Shown: in pieces, positions 1 to 10,581 of the stretch
Numbering within the stretch: position 1 is the first letter of the stretch
Layout of the letters: each line of letters begins with the position of its first letter
Origin: Amoebidium appalachense
Taxonomy: Eukaryota > Protista > Ichthyosporea
DNA: 64,000 bases
Assembly: GCA_963693365.1 (NCBI GenBank)
Contig: CAVNZM010000003.1
Span: 13,049,252-13,113,251 of the forward strand
Reading direction: 5' to 3'
Made by a program: the position numbers and the translations under genes
The notes under the pieces: model-generated
Told to the model about the DNA's origin: nothing
Databases searched by the model: none
The model's input: only the letters and a program-made list of their open reading frames with translations

Positions 1-1
1 C

Positions 2-625
2 ATGATCCGGTGGACTGGGCAGTTGACAATCGGGATCATAGCGGATAGGCTGATTGTGCCATGGTTATCGGCTAGCTCGATACTGACCCAGGTGACAATG
101 GGAGCCGGATTTGTACCAGGCGGAAAAGGAAGGGGCAGCGGTCACGGTGGCCAGGCCAAAAGCCCTGCCACCAATTTAGGGGGTGCCACAGATGCCCGCG
201 GACCCAGCCTGGCCCGGACAGTATGGGGAGTTGTGAAAGACGTCAAAAACATGCTGTTCCAGAGTGTGGGCAGGGGTTGCGAGGCTGTTCCTGGGGTCTC
301 AATGGGCAGGCTGGGCGGGGTTGTGATGCTGGTTGCCGCCAGTGCACTCGTTCCGCGGTTTCCGTTTGCGCAAATTGCACGGATGGTGCTCACCACCGGT
401 GCGCTGCCATCCCCGGCTGGTGCAGCAGCAGGCGCCAAAGGGGCCGGTGCACGTGCCCCAGGTGCTGACAGAAAGCGGGGAGGTGGGGAAAAGAGAGTCC
501 GTTTGGACGCTACATGGGACTCGTTCGAAGACAACGTCCCAGATGGCTTTTTGCACTTCCCATCCACGGAGCAATGTGCCGCGTGCAGCAGCGGAGCCAA
601 GCGGCGCCGGGTGGGGCGCGTGTGA
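2..625 (+). CDS. Hypothetical protein (possibly 5'-truncated by the window edge), virus-like region
   Basis: 207-codon intronless ORF directly upstream of and co-oriented with the VLTF2-like gene; ends in CxxC plus a basic KRRR tail; no recognisable family. Confidence 0.3.
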   Translation: MIRWTGQLTIGIIADRLIVPWLSASSILTQVTMGAGFVPGGKGRGSGHGGQAKSPATNLGGATDARGPSLARTVWGVVKDVKNMLFQSVGRGCEAVPGVSMGRLGGVVMLVAASALVPRFPFAQIARMVLTTGALPSPAGAAAGAKGAGARAPGADRKRGGGEKRVRLDATWDSFEDNVPDGFLHFPSTEQCAACSSGAKRRRVGRV

Positions 626-714
626 TGGGAACGCCAATATGGACACCGGACGCTATTTGGTGCCCTTGTACATAAGCCCTGCACACGTCGGGTGTGTGCC
701 AGTCCAACACCGTC

Positions 715-1500
715 ATGCAAATCACCAGCAGACACAGGTACATAGGCAGCGTGGGTGGGCCCATCACCCGCCGCGGGCCGCGCCCACTGCCCGACCCAGT
801 CCACCTGCCAGGCAGTGGCCGTCATGCCCCCATGGTAACCGTTACGCCGCCGGCCACGCACTGCTGGCACTGCACGTACCCCTTTGACACAGACCCAATC
901 GGTATCCCCTCGAGTATAAACGGTGGAGTGCTCCGTGTCACAGGCAGCTTCTGCTCTTTCAACTGCGCAGCCGCCCACCTCAAATACACGCTGCGGGCCC
1001 GCTCTCGCAGTGGCTACCTGCTGGCATACATGTACAAAAAGATGACCGGCCGCAACCTGGAGCGGGTACGGGAGGCCCCGCCCATGCAGATGTTGCAGCG
1101 TTTTGGCGGGCACATGACCATCGAGGAGTTTCGGCGGGACTCCACCGTGCACCCTGGGCTGGTATACGATTCTGTACCGTTCAACTGCATTCCGATGAGC
1201 TACAATGGCCATGTGTATGACCTGGTGGACAACCTGAACATGCCACCTACCACCAACCAGCCAGCAGCGGCAGCTGCTCCTTGCCCACGGCCAGCAGCCA
1301 TGGAAAACAAAGGGATGAGGCGCCGCACAAAGCCTGTGACTGCCCCAGCAGAGACACCCGCACTGGTGGCAGACGAGGAAAAAGGCACACAAAGCCACCA
1401 CACAAAAGGAGGGCGGCAGCGGAAGTGCACAGACCACCCGCCGGAGGCAACCAGTCCAGCACATGCGCTCGGACGGGAGGTTCCGCAGCTCGATTTCTAA
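715..1500 (+). CDS. Nucleocytoviricota late transcription factor VLTF2 (poxvirus A1L)-like zinc-finger protein
   Basis: Motifs CWHCTYPFDTDPIGIP...GSFCSFNCAAAH and LLAYMYKKMTG...APPMQMLQRFGGHMTIEEFR match the VLTF2 pattern of large DNA viruses; AATAAA near 1606; start codon uncertain (715 or 831). Confidence 0.8.
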   Translation: MQITSRHRYIGSVGGPITRRGPRPLPDPVHLPGSGRHAPMVTVTPPATHCWHCTYPFDTDPIGIPSSINGGVLRVTGSFCSFNCAAAHLKYTLRARSRSGYLLAYMYKKMTGRNLERVREAPPMQMLQRFGGHMTIEEFRRDSTVHPGLVYDSVPFNCIPMSYNGHVYDLVDNLNMPPTTNQPAAAAAPCPRPAAMENKGMRRRTKPVTAPAETPALVADEEKGTQSHHTKGGRQRKCTDHPPEATSPAHALGREVPQLDF

Positions 1501-1982
1501 ATTTGTGAAAATAGACAACGGCCAGCCACCAGCCAGCTAAAGACGTGCCTGCACCAGGCAGTGTTGAGGGCATACAACAGCGCTTGGACGGCGGCAACCG
1601 ACAAATAATAAAATAATACCAATATACACTTCAGAAATGTCTGGGTTATACACCACAATGGTGGCTTGTGTTGTTGTGTGCGTCTGGGCCCTTCTCTATC
1701 TGCAGGTGTTGGGCTCTGAAAGATTTGACGGTGTATTGGACCCAAAGTCCATCACTGAGCGGTTTATCCCCGCCAACTTGTATTAGCTTACAAACCCCCC
1801 CCCCCCCCCCTCTTACCCTCACTCCCACCTCCACTCTCCTCCTCCCCCCCCCCCCCCATCCCCCCCCCCCCCAACCCCAACCTCCCGTGTCCCCTCCCCG
1901 TACCTGGCTCTTGGCTCTTGTGACATTTTTAGAGCCAAACACCACACACCTAGATTTTTATTCCCCCTTTCTAAACGCCACC

Positions 1983-2547
1983 ATGAACACCCTTGCACCC
2001 ATGGCTACAGACAACACACAGACCGTGCTGCCCAAGCCTACTCGTCTGGCTGACAGGGACGAGCCCATCCCAGGCCAAAAGTATGTTGTGTTCAGCGTGG
2101 CTGGGGGCGGGGTGCAACCAGCGGCTCGATGTAGATGGCAAGCTCGCAGTCAAAGTGCGGGCCGTGTTTGACAGCCTGTCCGCCGCGGAGACTTACGCAC
2201 GGCAACTGGGTGACATAGCATTTGATGTGATGGTGTCAGAAACAAATCTGTGGATGTTGCTTCCTCCTAGTCCAGCCCAAGTGGAGAAAGTGGTCTACAA
2301 AGACGGCCTGCTGAACCAGCTGGTGAAAGAAAGGCAAGAGGAGCAGTCTATTCTTGACAAAGTCATGGAGAAGGAGTTGGTGGAACGCACGCAGAAGGCC
2401 CTCCAACTCGAAAACCGCATACAGGCAAGCAAGGACAAGGCCAGGCAATTCAACGCACTACGCACAGGCACAGAGAACGGGGCACCCGCAAAGAGGCGGG
2501 TTGTGGAGGCTGATTCAGACACGGACGGAAGCTCTGGTACAGTTTAG
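1983..2547 (+). pseudogene. Conserved NCLDV hypothetical protein (DUF5832-like) with a frameshift in the G-run near 2103-2112
   Basis: Frame 1 gives DEPIPGQKYVVFSV; frame 2 continues AVKVRAVFDSLSAAETYARQL...FDVMVSETNLWMLLPP...YKDGLLNQLVK, the pattern recalled for this giant-virus family; AATAAA at ~2570. Confidence 0.65.
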
Positions 2548-2727
2548 GAGAAGGACATGTGTATCCAAGAATAAACAACTCAAGAAAAACCACGGAGTGG
2601 CGAGAGCCATGTACACGGCATCAACTCCCACCACTTTTCCCACACAGGGGTTGGAAGATGGTATCGTTATCCAGTCCGATCGCATGAATCAGATCATGAT
2701 CGGCTGGTGGCCTGCGAGATCTTAACC

Positions 2728-2800
2728 GATCTCGTAGCTCAGTTGGTAGAGCACTCGACCGGAGATAGAGGGGTCGCGGGTTCAAATCCCGTCGGGATCA
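2728..2800 (+). tRNA. tRNA-like gene, copy 1 (GGA at anticodon position, short variable loop, Phe-like scaffold); probably an element-borne Pol III promoter
   Basis: Cloverleaf GATCTCG/CGGGATC acceptor stem, GCTC/GAGC D stem, CTCGA/TAGAG anticodon stem with 1 mismatch, loop CCGGAGA, GCGGG-TTCAAAT-CCCGT T arm; A and B boxes; T6 run just downstream. Confidence 0.7.
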
Positions 2801-3098
2801 TCTTTTTTCTCATCCTCTCCTCGCTGGGGTAAAAGCCAGCACGCCTTTACTGGCGTCATCACAACCATCGGCAGTGGTTAGGTTGTGATCTCAAGGCTAG
2901 CAAGATCGCTAGTCTCTGCACCAGGACAAAATCCAAAATGGTAGCATGAACAGAGGTTCAGTGGGGACTGAGGGGGCAGTCCACCCTAACCTGATTCTGC
3001 GATTCGTCCTGAGTGGGGATGTTGGAAGATGGTATCGTTATCCAGTCCGATCGCATGAATCAGATCATGATCGGCTGGTGGCCTGCGAGATCTTAACC

Positions 3099-3171
3099 GA
3101 TCTCGTAGCTCAGTTGGTAGAGCACTCGACCGGAGATAGAGGGGTCGCGGGTTCAAATCCCGTCGGGATCA
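3099..3171 (+). tRNA. tRNA-like gene, copy 2 (same sequence as copy 1)
   Basis: Same 73-nt sequence in the second direct repeat, followed by T7. Confidence 0.7.
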
Positions 3172-3310
3172 TCTTTTTTTCTCATCCTCTCCTCGCTGGG
3201 GTAAAAGCCAGCACGCCTTTACTGGCGTCATCACAACCATCGGCAGTGGTTAGGTTGTGATCTCAAGGCTAGCAAGATCGCTAGTCTCTGCACCAGGACA
3301 AAATCCAAAA

Positions 3311-4115
3311 GTAATTCACGTGCAGGGGCAGATGGATAGGGGCACCGGAAGTGTACTATATGATACCCCCGGGATTCCAAATGTGCCTATCCAATTTAGC
3401 ACCACTCTTCCCACACAGGGGGTGATTCACGTGCAGGGGCAGATGGATAGGGGCACCGGAAGTGTACTATATGATACCCCCGGGATTCCAAATGTGCCTA
3501 TCCAATTTAGCACCACTCTTCCCACACAGGGGGTGATTCACGTGCAGGGGCAGATGGATAGGGGCACCGGAAGTGTACTATATGATACCCCCGGGATTCC
3601 AAATGTGCCTATCCAATTTAGCTTCACTTTTCCCACACAGGGGGTGATTCACGTGCAGGGGCAGATGGATAGGGGCACTGGAAGTGTACTATATGATACC
3701 CCCGGGATTCCAAATGTGCCTATCCAATTTAGCACCACTTTTCCCACACAGGGGGTGATTCACGTGCAGGGGCAGATGGATAGGGGCACTGGAAGTGTAC
3801 TATATGATACCCCCGGGATTCCAAATGTGCCTATCCAATTTAGCACCACTCTTCCCACACAGGGGGTGATTCACGTGCAGGGCAGATGGATAGGGGCACC
3901 GGAAGTGTACTATATGATACCCCCGGGATTCCAAATGTGCCTATCCAATTTAGCACCACTCTTCCCACACAGGGGGTGATTCACGTGCAGGGCAGATGGA
4001 TAGGGGCACCGGAAGTGTACTATATGATACCCCCGGGATTCCAAATGTGCCTATCCAATTTAGCACCACTTTTCCCACACAGGGGGTAATTCACGTGCAG
4101 GGGCAGATGGATAGG
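3311..4115 (+). repeat. 111-bp tandem array, ~7.3 copies (partial unit also at ~2630-2650)
   Basis: Unit GTGATTCACGTGCAGGGGCAGATGGATAGGGGCACCGGAAGTGTAC...CCCACACAGGGG; two units have a 1-bp deletion; internal imperfect inverted repeat GGATAGG(GG)CAC/GTGCCTATCC. Confidence 0.95.
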
Positions 4116-4516
4116 TTCGTCCAAACTCCCAGGCACACTGTAAGAAGTGGGGGTTCATTTGGGCTAAGCTTTAAATTATCAGTATGGGCTTTACCACCAT
4201 TTTGCGAGTTCGGAAGTGCCGTTTGAGCTTTTTTTCCAGCACAAGCAAGACCCAGCAGTGATGACACTGGGACGGCCTAGTGGACAAAGGGTTGTCCTTT
4301 CAAAGGTTTTCAGAACCCAAGAACAATGTCTCACCTATGCTGATAGCGAGTGCCCGCCTCACCAGTGCATTATAGCATATGACCGGAAGGGTTCAAATAC
4401 AAGCCAGAAAGAATTCTAGAGCGCGCTCACATTGAAAGACTTAATATGGCATCTCCATAACACACCTCCTGACCAGCGTCATATGTATGAAATGTGCCGG
4501 GCAGATGCTGGGGGTT

Positions 4517-4680
4517 ACACACACAACCCCCCCCCCACACACACACACACACGCATACACACACAACCCCCCCCCCCACACACACACACACACGCATACA
4601 CACACAACCCCCCCCCCCACACACACACACACGCATACACACACAACCCCCCCCCCACACACACACACACGCACGCACAC
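4517..4680 (+). repeat. Compound (CA)n / poly-C minisatellite, ~4 units of ~40 bp
   Basis: Repeated ACACACACAACCCCCCCCCCACACAC...ACGCAT. Confidence 0.85.
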
Positions 4681-4693
4681 AAAGCACTGCAAA

Positions 4694-6028
4694 TCAATCA
4701 CAAACCAAAGCTGGGATGATGTTACTGGGAAGAGACGTGTCCACACACAGCCAACTGGGGTCAGTCTGACACAGGATGGCTACCAGAAAAACCAACTCAA
4801 AGGTGGACACGTCTCTTCCCGGTAACGAAGATTTTTTGGAATCGCCAAATCTCAAAAGCCTGATGTTCAGGCTTTTGATTTCTACTTCGTCATCAAAGTT
4901 ACGTCTCACGTAATCACTCGCCGCATGTCTATCCAGATCACGCACCAACATCGTATAATCAATAAGACTGGCATATTCTACTCCTTCACACACTGCAGTC
5001 CGAATGACACGGTCACCAATACAGATGATGTCGCCTTTTTTTGCGGCGACCTCGTCTCCGGTTAACATTGTTTCGGTGTGTTCCGTTGCCATGGTTCGCG
5101 AGACTGAGGTTTGGGGTTGTGTGTCTGGTTCTTTTATACCCTCCCAATCCTTGTGTGACAACAGTCGTGCAACGTACTTGGCACAGGTTCTGCGGAACTC
5201 GTGAGCGCGCTTGCCGGGGAGAATGTAGATGAGCTCAAGGAGGGTGGTGAAGGGTGCAAATGGAGCCGCCTTGCCCCTTGTGCAGTCTAGCTCTAGAGGC
5301 CTGACTTGCCTCACTATGTCAGCGATGCTAGATGCGGGATCCAAAAATGTTTGGTTACTGACACCCTTACCATTTACTGAGGACTGGGAGTCCACAGCAC
5401 AGAGGCCAACCAACCGCTGCCATGCCTTCATGGCGGCATCACGGGACCCCAGCAACAGCTCAAACACGTCCACCACCGAGGCCATGTTCATGCCATCCAC
5501 TTTGGTAACACGGATGTTGGCCCCCTTGAACAGCGGAAATTCCTCGCCCAGCTGCTGCAACACATCTGGGGCCGTGTCTCTCACAGACTGCCCGCTGTGT
5601 TCCTCTGCTGGCTCCACGGGTTCAGGTGGGGACACAGAGCTGGTGTTGGGGGCTGGGGCAGCTTCTTTGACCCCAGCATTTGCCCAGTTGTTTGGCAGGG
5701 GTACTCGCTTAACCATGCACACCCCTCCCATGCCAGCCTTCTTCAGCATCCGCTGCACCGCCACAGGGGTCGCCCCTGGCTTCTCCAGCGCAAACGCAAC
5801 ACGCGTGGTTCCCTGCACAGCCTCCACACAGTCGAGTCCCGCCACCTTGAATCGCGGAGAGGGTGCAAACAACACATCCAGCAGGGCGGGCACAGATGCA
5901 GTGGGCAACACAACCCCATGCCCACGCAGTAAATTGCACTTGTCCTTTTTGGCAATGTCATGCATCTGCAGCTGGCGCAGGCCGAGGTGCTCGATGGGCA
6001 CAGGGTAGGCAGGGGTTGGGGCAGCCAT
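4694..6028 (-). CDS. Virus-type putative DNA-binding protein with Bro-N/KilA-like domains
   Basis: 444-aa intronless ORF; IRVTKVDGMNMASVVDVFELLLGSRDAAMKAWQRL...APFTTLLELIYILPGKRAHEFRRTCAKYVARLL and a second IRTAVCEGVEYASLIDY repeat resemble the Bro-N-like domains common in NCLDVs. Confidence 0.55.
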   Translation of the reverse strand: MAAPTPAYPVPIEHLGLRQLQMHDIAKKDKCNLLRGHGVVLPTASVPALLDVLFAPSPRFKVAGLDCVEAVQGTTRVAFALEKPGATPVAVQRMLKKAGMGGVCMVKRVPLPNNWANAGVKEAAPAPNTSSVSPPEPVEPAEEHSGQSVRDTAPDVLQQLGEEFPLFKGANIRVTKVDGMNMASVVDVFELLLGSRDAAMKAWQRLVGLCAVDSQSSVNGKGVSNQTFLDPASSIADIVRQVRPLELDCTRGKAAPFAPFTTLLELIYILPGKRAHEFRRTCAKYVARLLSHKDWEGIKEPDTQPQTSVSRTMATEHTETMLTGDEVAAKKGDIICIGDRVIRTAVCEGVEYASLIDYTMLVRDLDRHAASDYVRRNFDDEVEIKSLNIRLLRFGDSKKSSLPGRDVSTFELVFLVAILCQTDPSWLCVDTSLPSNIIPALVCD

Positions 6029-6437
6029 GATGTTGCTTACACCAATGCACAGGAAAAAATTCTGGCTTGCACTCGGTGCCTTTCAGAGCTTTATTTACTT
6101 TGAATTTGGAATATAGAAGCACAGCACTGGCCCTGTTGGGCCTTGCATGCATGTGGTTGTAGGATTCAAGACCTATTTGTGCATAATGAAAATCCGCAGA
6201 AGGGCCAATATGACGGTATGGCTCCTCGTGGTCAAATTATTGACCGTCGATCTAGGCGTATTTTTGCTTCAAAAACACACAGAAGGGCCGTCTGGACGTT
6301 TTCTGGTATCGCACAGACTGGGCACAACGTCCCTAGAGCCCCCCCCCCCCCCCCCCCCCCCGGGCGGGGCGGGCCACATCATGCATTGAAAGCTCTGTGC
6401 GGACCACGCGCTGTTGCATTTTTTCAGCAACCACAAA

Positions 6438-7427
6438 ATGGCATCCAGACCCCAGACACGTGTGCGTGGCAGCCCATATGAGAGGCCACTTCGTGTGTAC
6501 AGCGGGGGACCCACAGGAGGGGGGCTCAGAGATGCATGGGCAACACTTGTTGGTAAGATACGAGAGACTGCACGCACCGTGGGAGACACGGCAAAGGAAA
6601 TAGGGGGCCGTTATGGACACAATCATCCGAGCACACAGTCGGCTCCTGCCATTGTACACGCACTCTTGGCAACAGACACATTCACACTCGATCCGTTAAA
6701 CCCCGCCAACATGGACGTTGCTGCCCTTTTGTTTTGTGCGCTTGCGTATCTGGATGCTAGCGAGTTTGAAGCCACAAAGGCATTGCTCATGGCACAAGAG
6801 TTTGTGTACATCGAGCGTACCAGTACATTGAAGATGGCCATGGTTGTGGCATACCACCCAGCCACACGAACGGCATATCTAGGATTCAAGGGGTCCAGCA
6901 GTGTACAGGATTGGCTGGCAAACCTGAATGCAGGAGCGGTAGCCTCGTTTACCACCACCACTGCTGAGAGCATCGGTTACCACCCAGGGTTCATGGATGC
7001 GGCCCTTACCGTAGACCAGCCTGCTTCGGTGTTTGTGGCAAATTCGTTAAAAGAAGGGGCAAAGCATTTCGTTTTATGTGGCCACAGCCTGGGCGGAGCC
7101 GTGTCTGCCATGGTCACCCTACTCACCGGAATACGCCTACAGGGCCCAGACGGGAATGGCACACGTGGTGTGGGCCTGTACAATGTTACATTCGGGGCCC
7201 CCAACTTTGCCAAAAACGAGCTTATGCACCGATATAAGATGTGCTTGGCTCAGCCACCCAGACACTATGCATTAGACACGGATGCGGTGCCCAGAGTAGC
7301 ATATATGTTTGGGAAACCGGAGGGTCGTATCTCTCTCCCCTGTACAAGCCTAGCACATTGCCATGGTCTTTTCTATTATGTAGACTCGGTGTGCAAATTA
7401 CATGGTGGATTGTGTCACTTCAATTGA
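6438..7427 (+). CDS. Class 3 lipase (alpha/beta hydrolase)
   Basis: YLGFKGSSSVQDWLANL, YHPGF, nucleophile motif CGHSLGGAVS, TFGAP, DAVPRV and C-terminal HGLFYY; intronless. Confidence 0.9.
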   Translation: MASRPQTRVRGSPYERPLRVYSGGPTGGGLRDAWATLVGKIRETARTVGDTAKEIGGRYGHNHPSTQSAPAIVHALLATDTFTLDPLNPANMDVAALLFCALAYLDASEFEATKALLMAQEFVYIERTSTLKMAMVVAYHPATRTAYLGFKGSSSVQDWLANLNAGAVASFTTTTAESIGYHPGFMDAALTVDQPASVFVANSLKEGAKHFVLCGHSLGGAVSAMVTLLTGIRLQGPDGNGTRGVGLYNVTFGAPNFAKNELMHRYKMCLAQPPRHYALDTDAVPRVAYMFGKPEGRISLPCTSLAHCHGLFYYVDSVCKLHGGLCHFN

Positions 7428-8310
7428 TTTGATTGTACATCAGCCATATTCAACATATTTTTGGTAGTTTTTTTTTCTTCTGCTTCACCTTGAGCAACAA
7501 AAGCTGGACCTGTGTTTCTAGAAGGATTGCCGTGCTTGGCGTTTATCTCGCGCTTGTTTCTACACCGACGAAAATTTGATATTGGACCCCATTTTACTTG
7601 TGTAACTAGACTTAAACCCCAAAATTTGGCGCTATCTCACAGTATGGATCAATTGCCCGATCCGTCGAATTTAACACCGCGTGATTGGGCTATTCGGTAC
7701 CATTGGGACCGGCTAGTCCAGCCCTGGTTTCGGTGTAATAGTGATGACCAAAACAATCATACTCGTGTTTTTTTATCTAATAAATAATTTGGTAAATTGC
7801 TTTCGGTATTTGTGGCCCAATTAAATTGACTCTGAATTGCTGAATGCACTCGGTTTCCATTTGGATCTAGAATGCACGAGCTGGCTACAAAATTTCAAAT
7901 CTGGACCGGCTTCCGATTGGCTCACCTAAAAATCAATTCAGCCAATCAGAATGCTTCTATGGTAGAACACCTAGATCCAACGCTTTCGCAGTCATCTACT
8001 AGCCCAGAAAAATAACATGTTTTTTATCTGTGTTGTGCATGAAGCAATACTCAAAAAGTCACGAATTTATTGATAAAATTATATATCAATGCTTGTATAT
8101 TTATTGCCAATGGCAGTTTGTCTGCTCTCAGGCATTTAAATGCAACCCCCTCCTCCACAGTAATTGCAGTATCGGATCGAAAAGCAATCGAACTTTTTGA
8201 GTGGCTCATGGATTTCCTTCAGCCAATCGACAACAACCCAAACATGTATAAATACTGGCTCAGCCCACATTCGAAAGACTGTCCGTGTGTTTGTTTACAA
8301 ATAGCTGCGC

Positions 8311-10150
8311 ATGCCGTATTCGAGTCGGATCGATAGCACAGCTTGCCCTCTCTCTTCACCTTTTGTACTTGAAATGATCACACCAGCCGATCTCACGCTC
8401 CTCGTAGAGCATTCAGCAGTCCACAAGTTTCATGACATTATGAAGCTTGTGAAACAAAATAGGCTGGAGGAGGCCATCGACGAATTCAGAAAACACGGAG
8501 ACCCGGCATGTCTTTTGCGGAACTTTAAGAAAATGACCGCCAAAGCCCGGTCCTGCTCGCTCAAAGATTTGGCCTTGCCAGACGACGAGACCTTGTTGTG
8601 GGAATTGTTTGGCTCCAAACATGTCCAGTCCGTTTGTGGGTAGGTAGCCTGCGATGTCTTGCACCATGTCTGTAGCAGCCAGGGTCATCGCTTACCACAC
8701 GTGTTTGCCACAGGGCCTTTGATCTGGTGTACCCGCGCCTTCTGGAGAAGATCGCGGAGAACCATTTGAAAGACAACAAGCTGTTCTTCGTGTGTGAAAT
8801 CACGGACTGTCCCGGGTGCACCAAGGCGGCCAAAGGGTCGAGTGGTTTGTCGTACAACAACAGGCCCAGGCACGCAACGTTGGCCATGGAGGATGCCTTG
8901 GCCCGCCTCGACACACACCCAGAGGATGAAATGGCTGCCTGTGCTAAAATGTATCTCGCCATTCATTTTTTGGTGGCCAGGCATGTGCCCTGGTCCGTCA
9001 AGAGGGGCCCCGATGGCACCCTGCAGTTGACGTACAGCGATTTTGGGACGTTCCACTACCCCGACAGCCTGCGGCCTGACTCACCTGGACTCCGGGATAA
9101 CACAGTCAAGGAACATAGGAGGGGCCTGTGCCAAGGTGTGACAGAATGCCTTATGATCCACATGGCCCTGTGCGACGCACTGTGGCAGAGATATCTTGGT
9201 CCACTCCCGGTGCCCCCCCAAATTGTCGTGGTAAGTGCTCTTGTAAAATGCTTGTGTCTATATGCCTGCAACCTGTTTTGTAACTATGGACTCTCACACT
9301 GTGCCCACACAGGACGAATCGAGGCACAGGAAGCACACGGGGCCCTCTTCTGCACCTGCCCTTCCAGTCTTGCAGCCCGCACCAAGCACTGTGGACTGCA
9401 ACGCCCCTGACCAGGTCACGGCCTTCGGTGTCGGAGAAGAGGCGGACAGCACTGGTGCAGACACGCAGAGCGACAACTCTCTGTGGAATGATCCACGGTG
9501 GAATGACCCTAATTTTTTGCCGGGTTGTGACCTGCCGTCGCCCTTGAACATTTTGCAGAGCCCTGAGGCTAACAGCCTTGCCGCCAGCTCACCGGTGTCC
9601 ACAATGTCTTATCTCACACCCCTCTCGGGTGCCCACAGCTCTGTCAGCCTCGAGGGCCTTCCAAACAGCAACACGGTGTCCTCGCCACTGCTGCAAACCA
9701 TGTCTTCTGCGAGCCCCCTGGGTTTGGGATCCAGGCGTGTGTCATGCCCAGCGGCTCAGCCTGTGGAAACACCACGGATCAAAAAGGGCCGCCCGCCGGG
9801 GTCCAAAAAACCACAGTCGTTGCCCTACGTTTTGAACTCGACAACCAGCAACACGCCGGTGCATAGAAAGTCGGGGCCAGGCACCAACGAGGCAGAGCGT
9901 GCTATACAGATCAACTTCATGGTGCCGTCCCAGTACATGCCCCAACCACCGTTCTACTACAATTGGGTGAGTAAACCTGTTGTACATTTGTTTTGACTGG
10001 TGTTAACATTGGGATGTGGTTGGGTGCAGATGGGCCAACACGTGCATCCCGGTGCCATGTTCTACCCACCACATGCGCAGATGTACAACACGGGCAGCTA
10101 TGAACTCGGAGAGGGGCTCATGTCGTCTGCACAGGGCTCCACACCTTGAA
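8311..10150 (+). CDS. Multi-exon hypothetical protein with AT-hook-like motif (boundaries approximate)
   Basis: Consecutive ORFs 8311-8643, 8727-9230 and 9313-9966 are linked by splice-like sites (GTAAGT 9231, ACAG 9312, GTGAGT 9967, GCAG 10029); KKGRPPGSKK motif. Confidence 0.4.
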
Positions 10151-10581
10151 AAGAAAGCACGCCCAGACAATGTGGTTTCAACTCTTGTCTATACCATGGC
10201 CTATTCTCTCTCTGTGGCACGGTGTTCTTTTATGCCAATGCATGGTATAAAACAGTAAATTTGTCTTGTGTGCGCTGTCATGTGATGCTAGTGTTGACTT
10301 ATTTAATTGGTTGGCACCATCTACACATTTCTGACTGGTGTGTTTGTGTTCTTCTTGTTAACCCATTTGATTGGTTGGCACCATCCACACATAGAATCTG
10401 ACTGGTGTAACTACTGTGACTATTTTGGAAAAATTATTGAGGGTGTGGTGCCTGTTACGAGTACCAGTGTCACTGGTGCACTGTACCCATAATAAACTTT
10501 GATATTATCAAGTTTCCCTTGAATGTGATTGGTTGGCACCTTTTATGTGTACCAACTCCGATTCCAATATGGTTGATACAA

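Larger units (their letters stand above)
2650..3310 (+). mobile_element. TRIM-like miniature LTR element: two ~290-bp direct repeats (2650-2938, 3021-3310), each containing a tRNA-like gene, around an ~82-bp internal segment
   Basis: Near-identical direct repeats with ends (T)GTTGGA...TCCAAAA; internal segment starts TGGTAGCA (PBS-like, 2939) and ends GAGTGGGGA (PPT-like, ~3011-3019); no TSD visible. Confidence 0.7.

Noticed and set aside
142-1518. 458-aa minus-strand ORF
   Set aside because: Antisense shadow of the VLTF2-like gene in GC-rich DNA; no motifs
3257-4226. 37-aa repeat protein ORFs
   Set aside because: No ATG context at the start, begins inside the mini-LTR, and is broken by frameshifted units; treated as a DNA repeat
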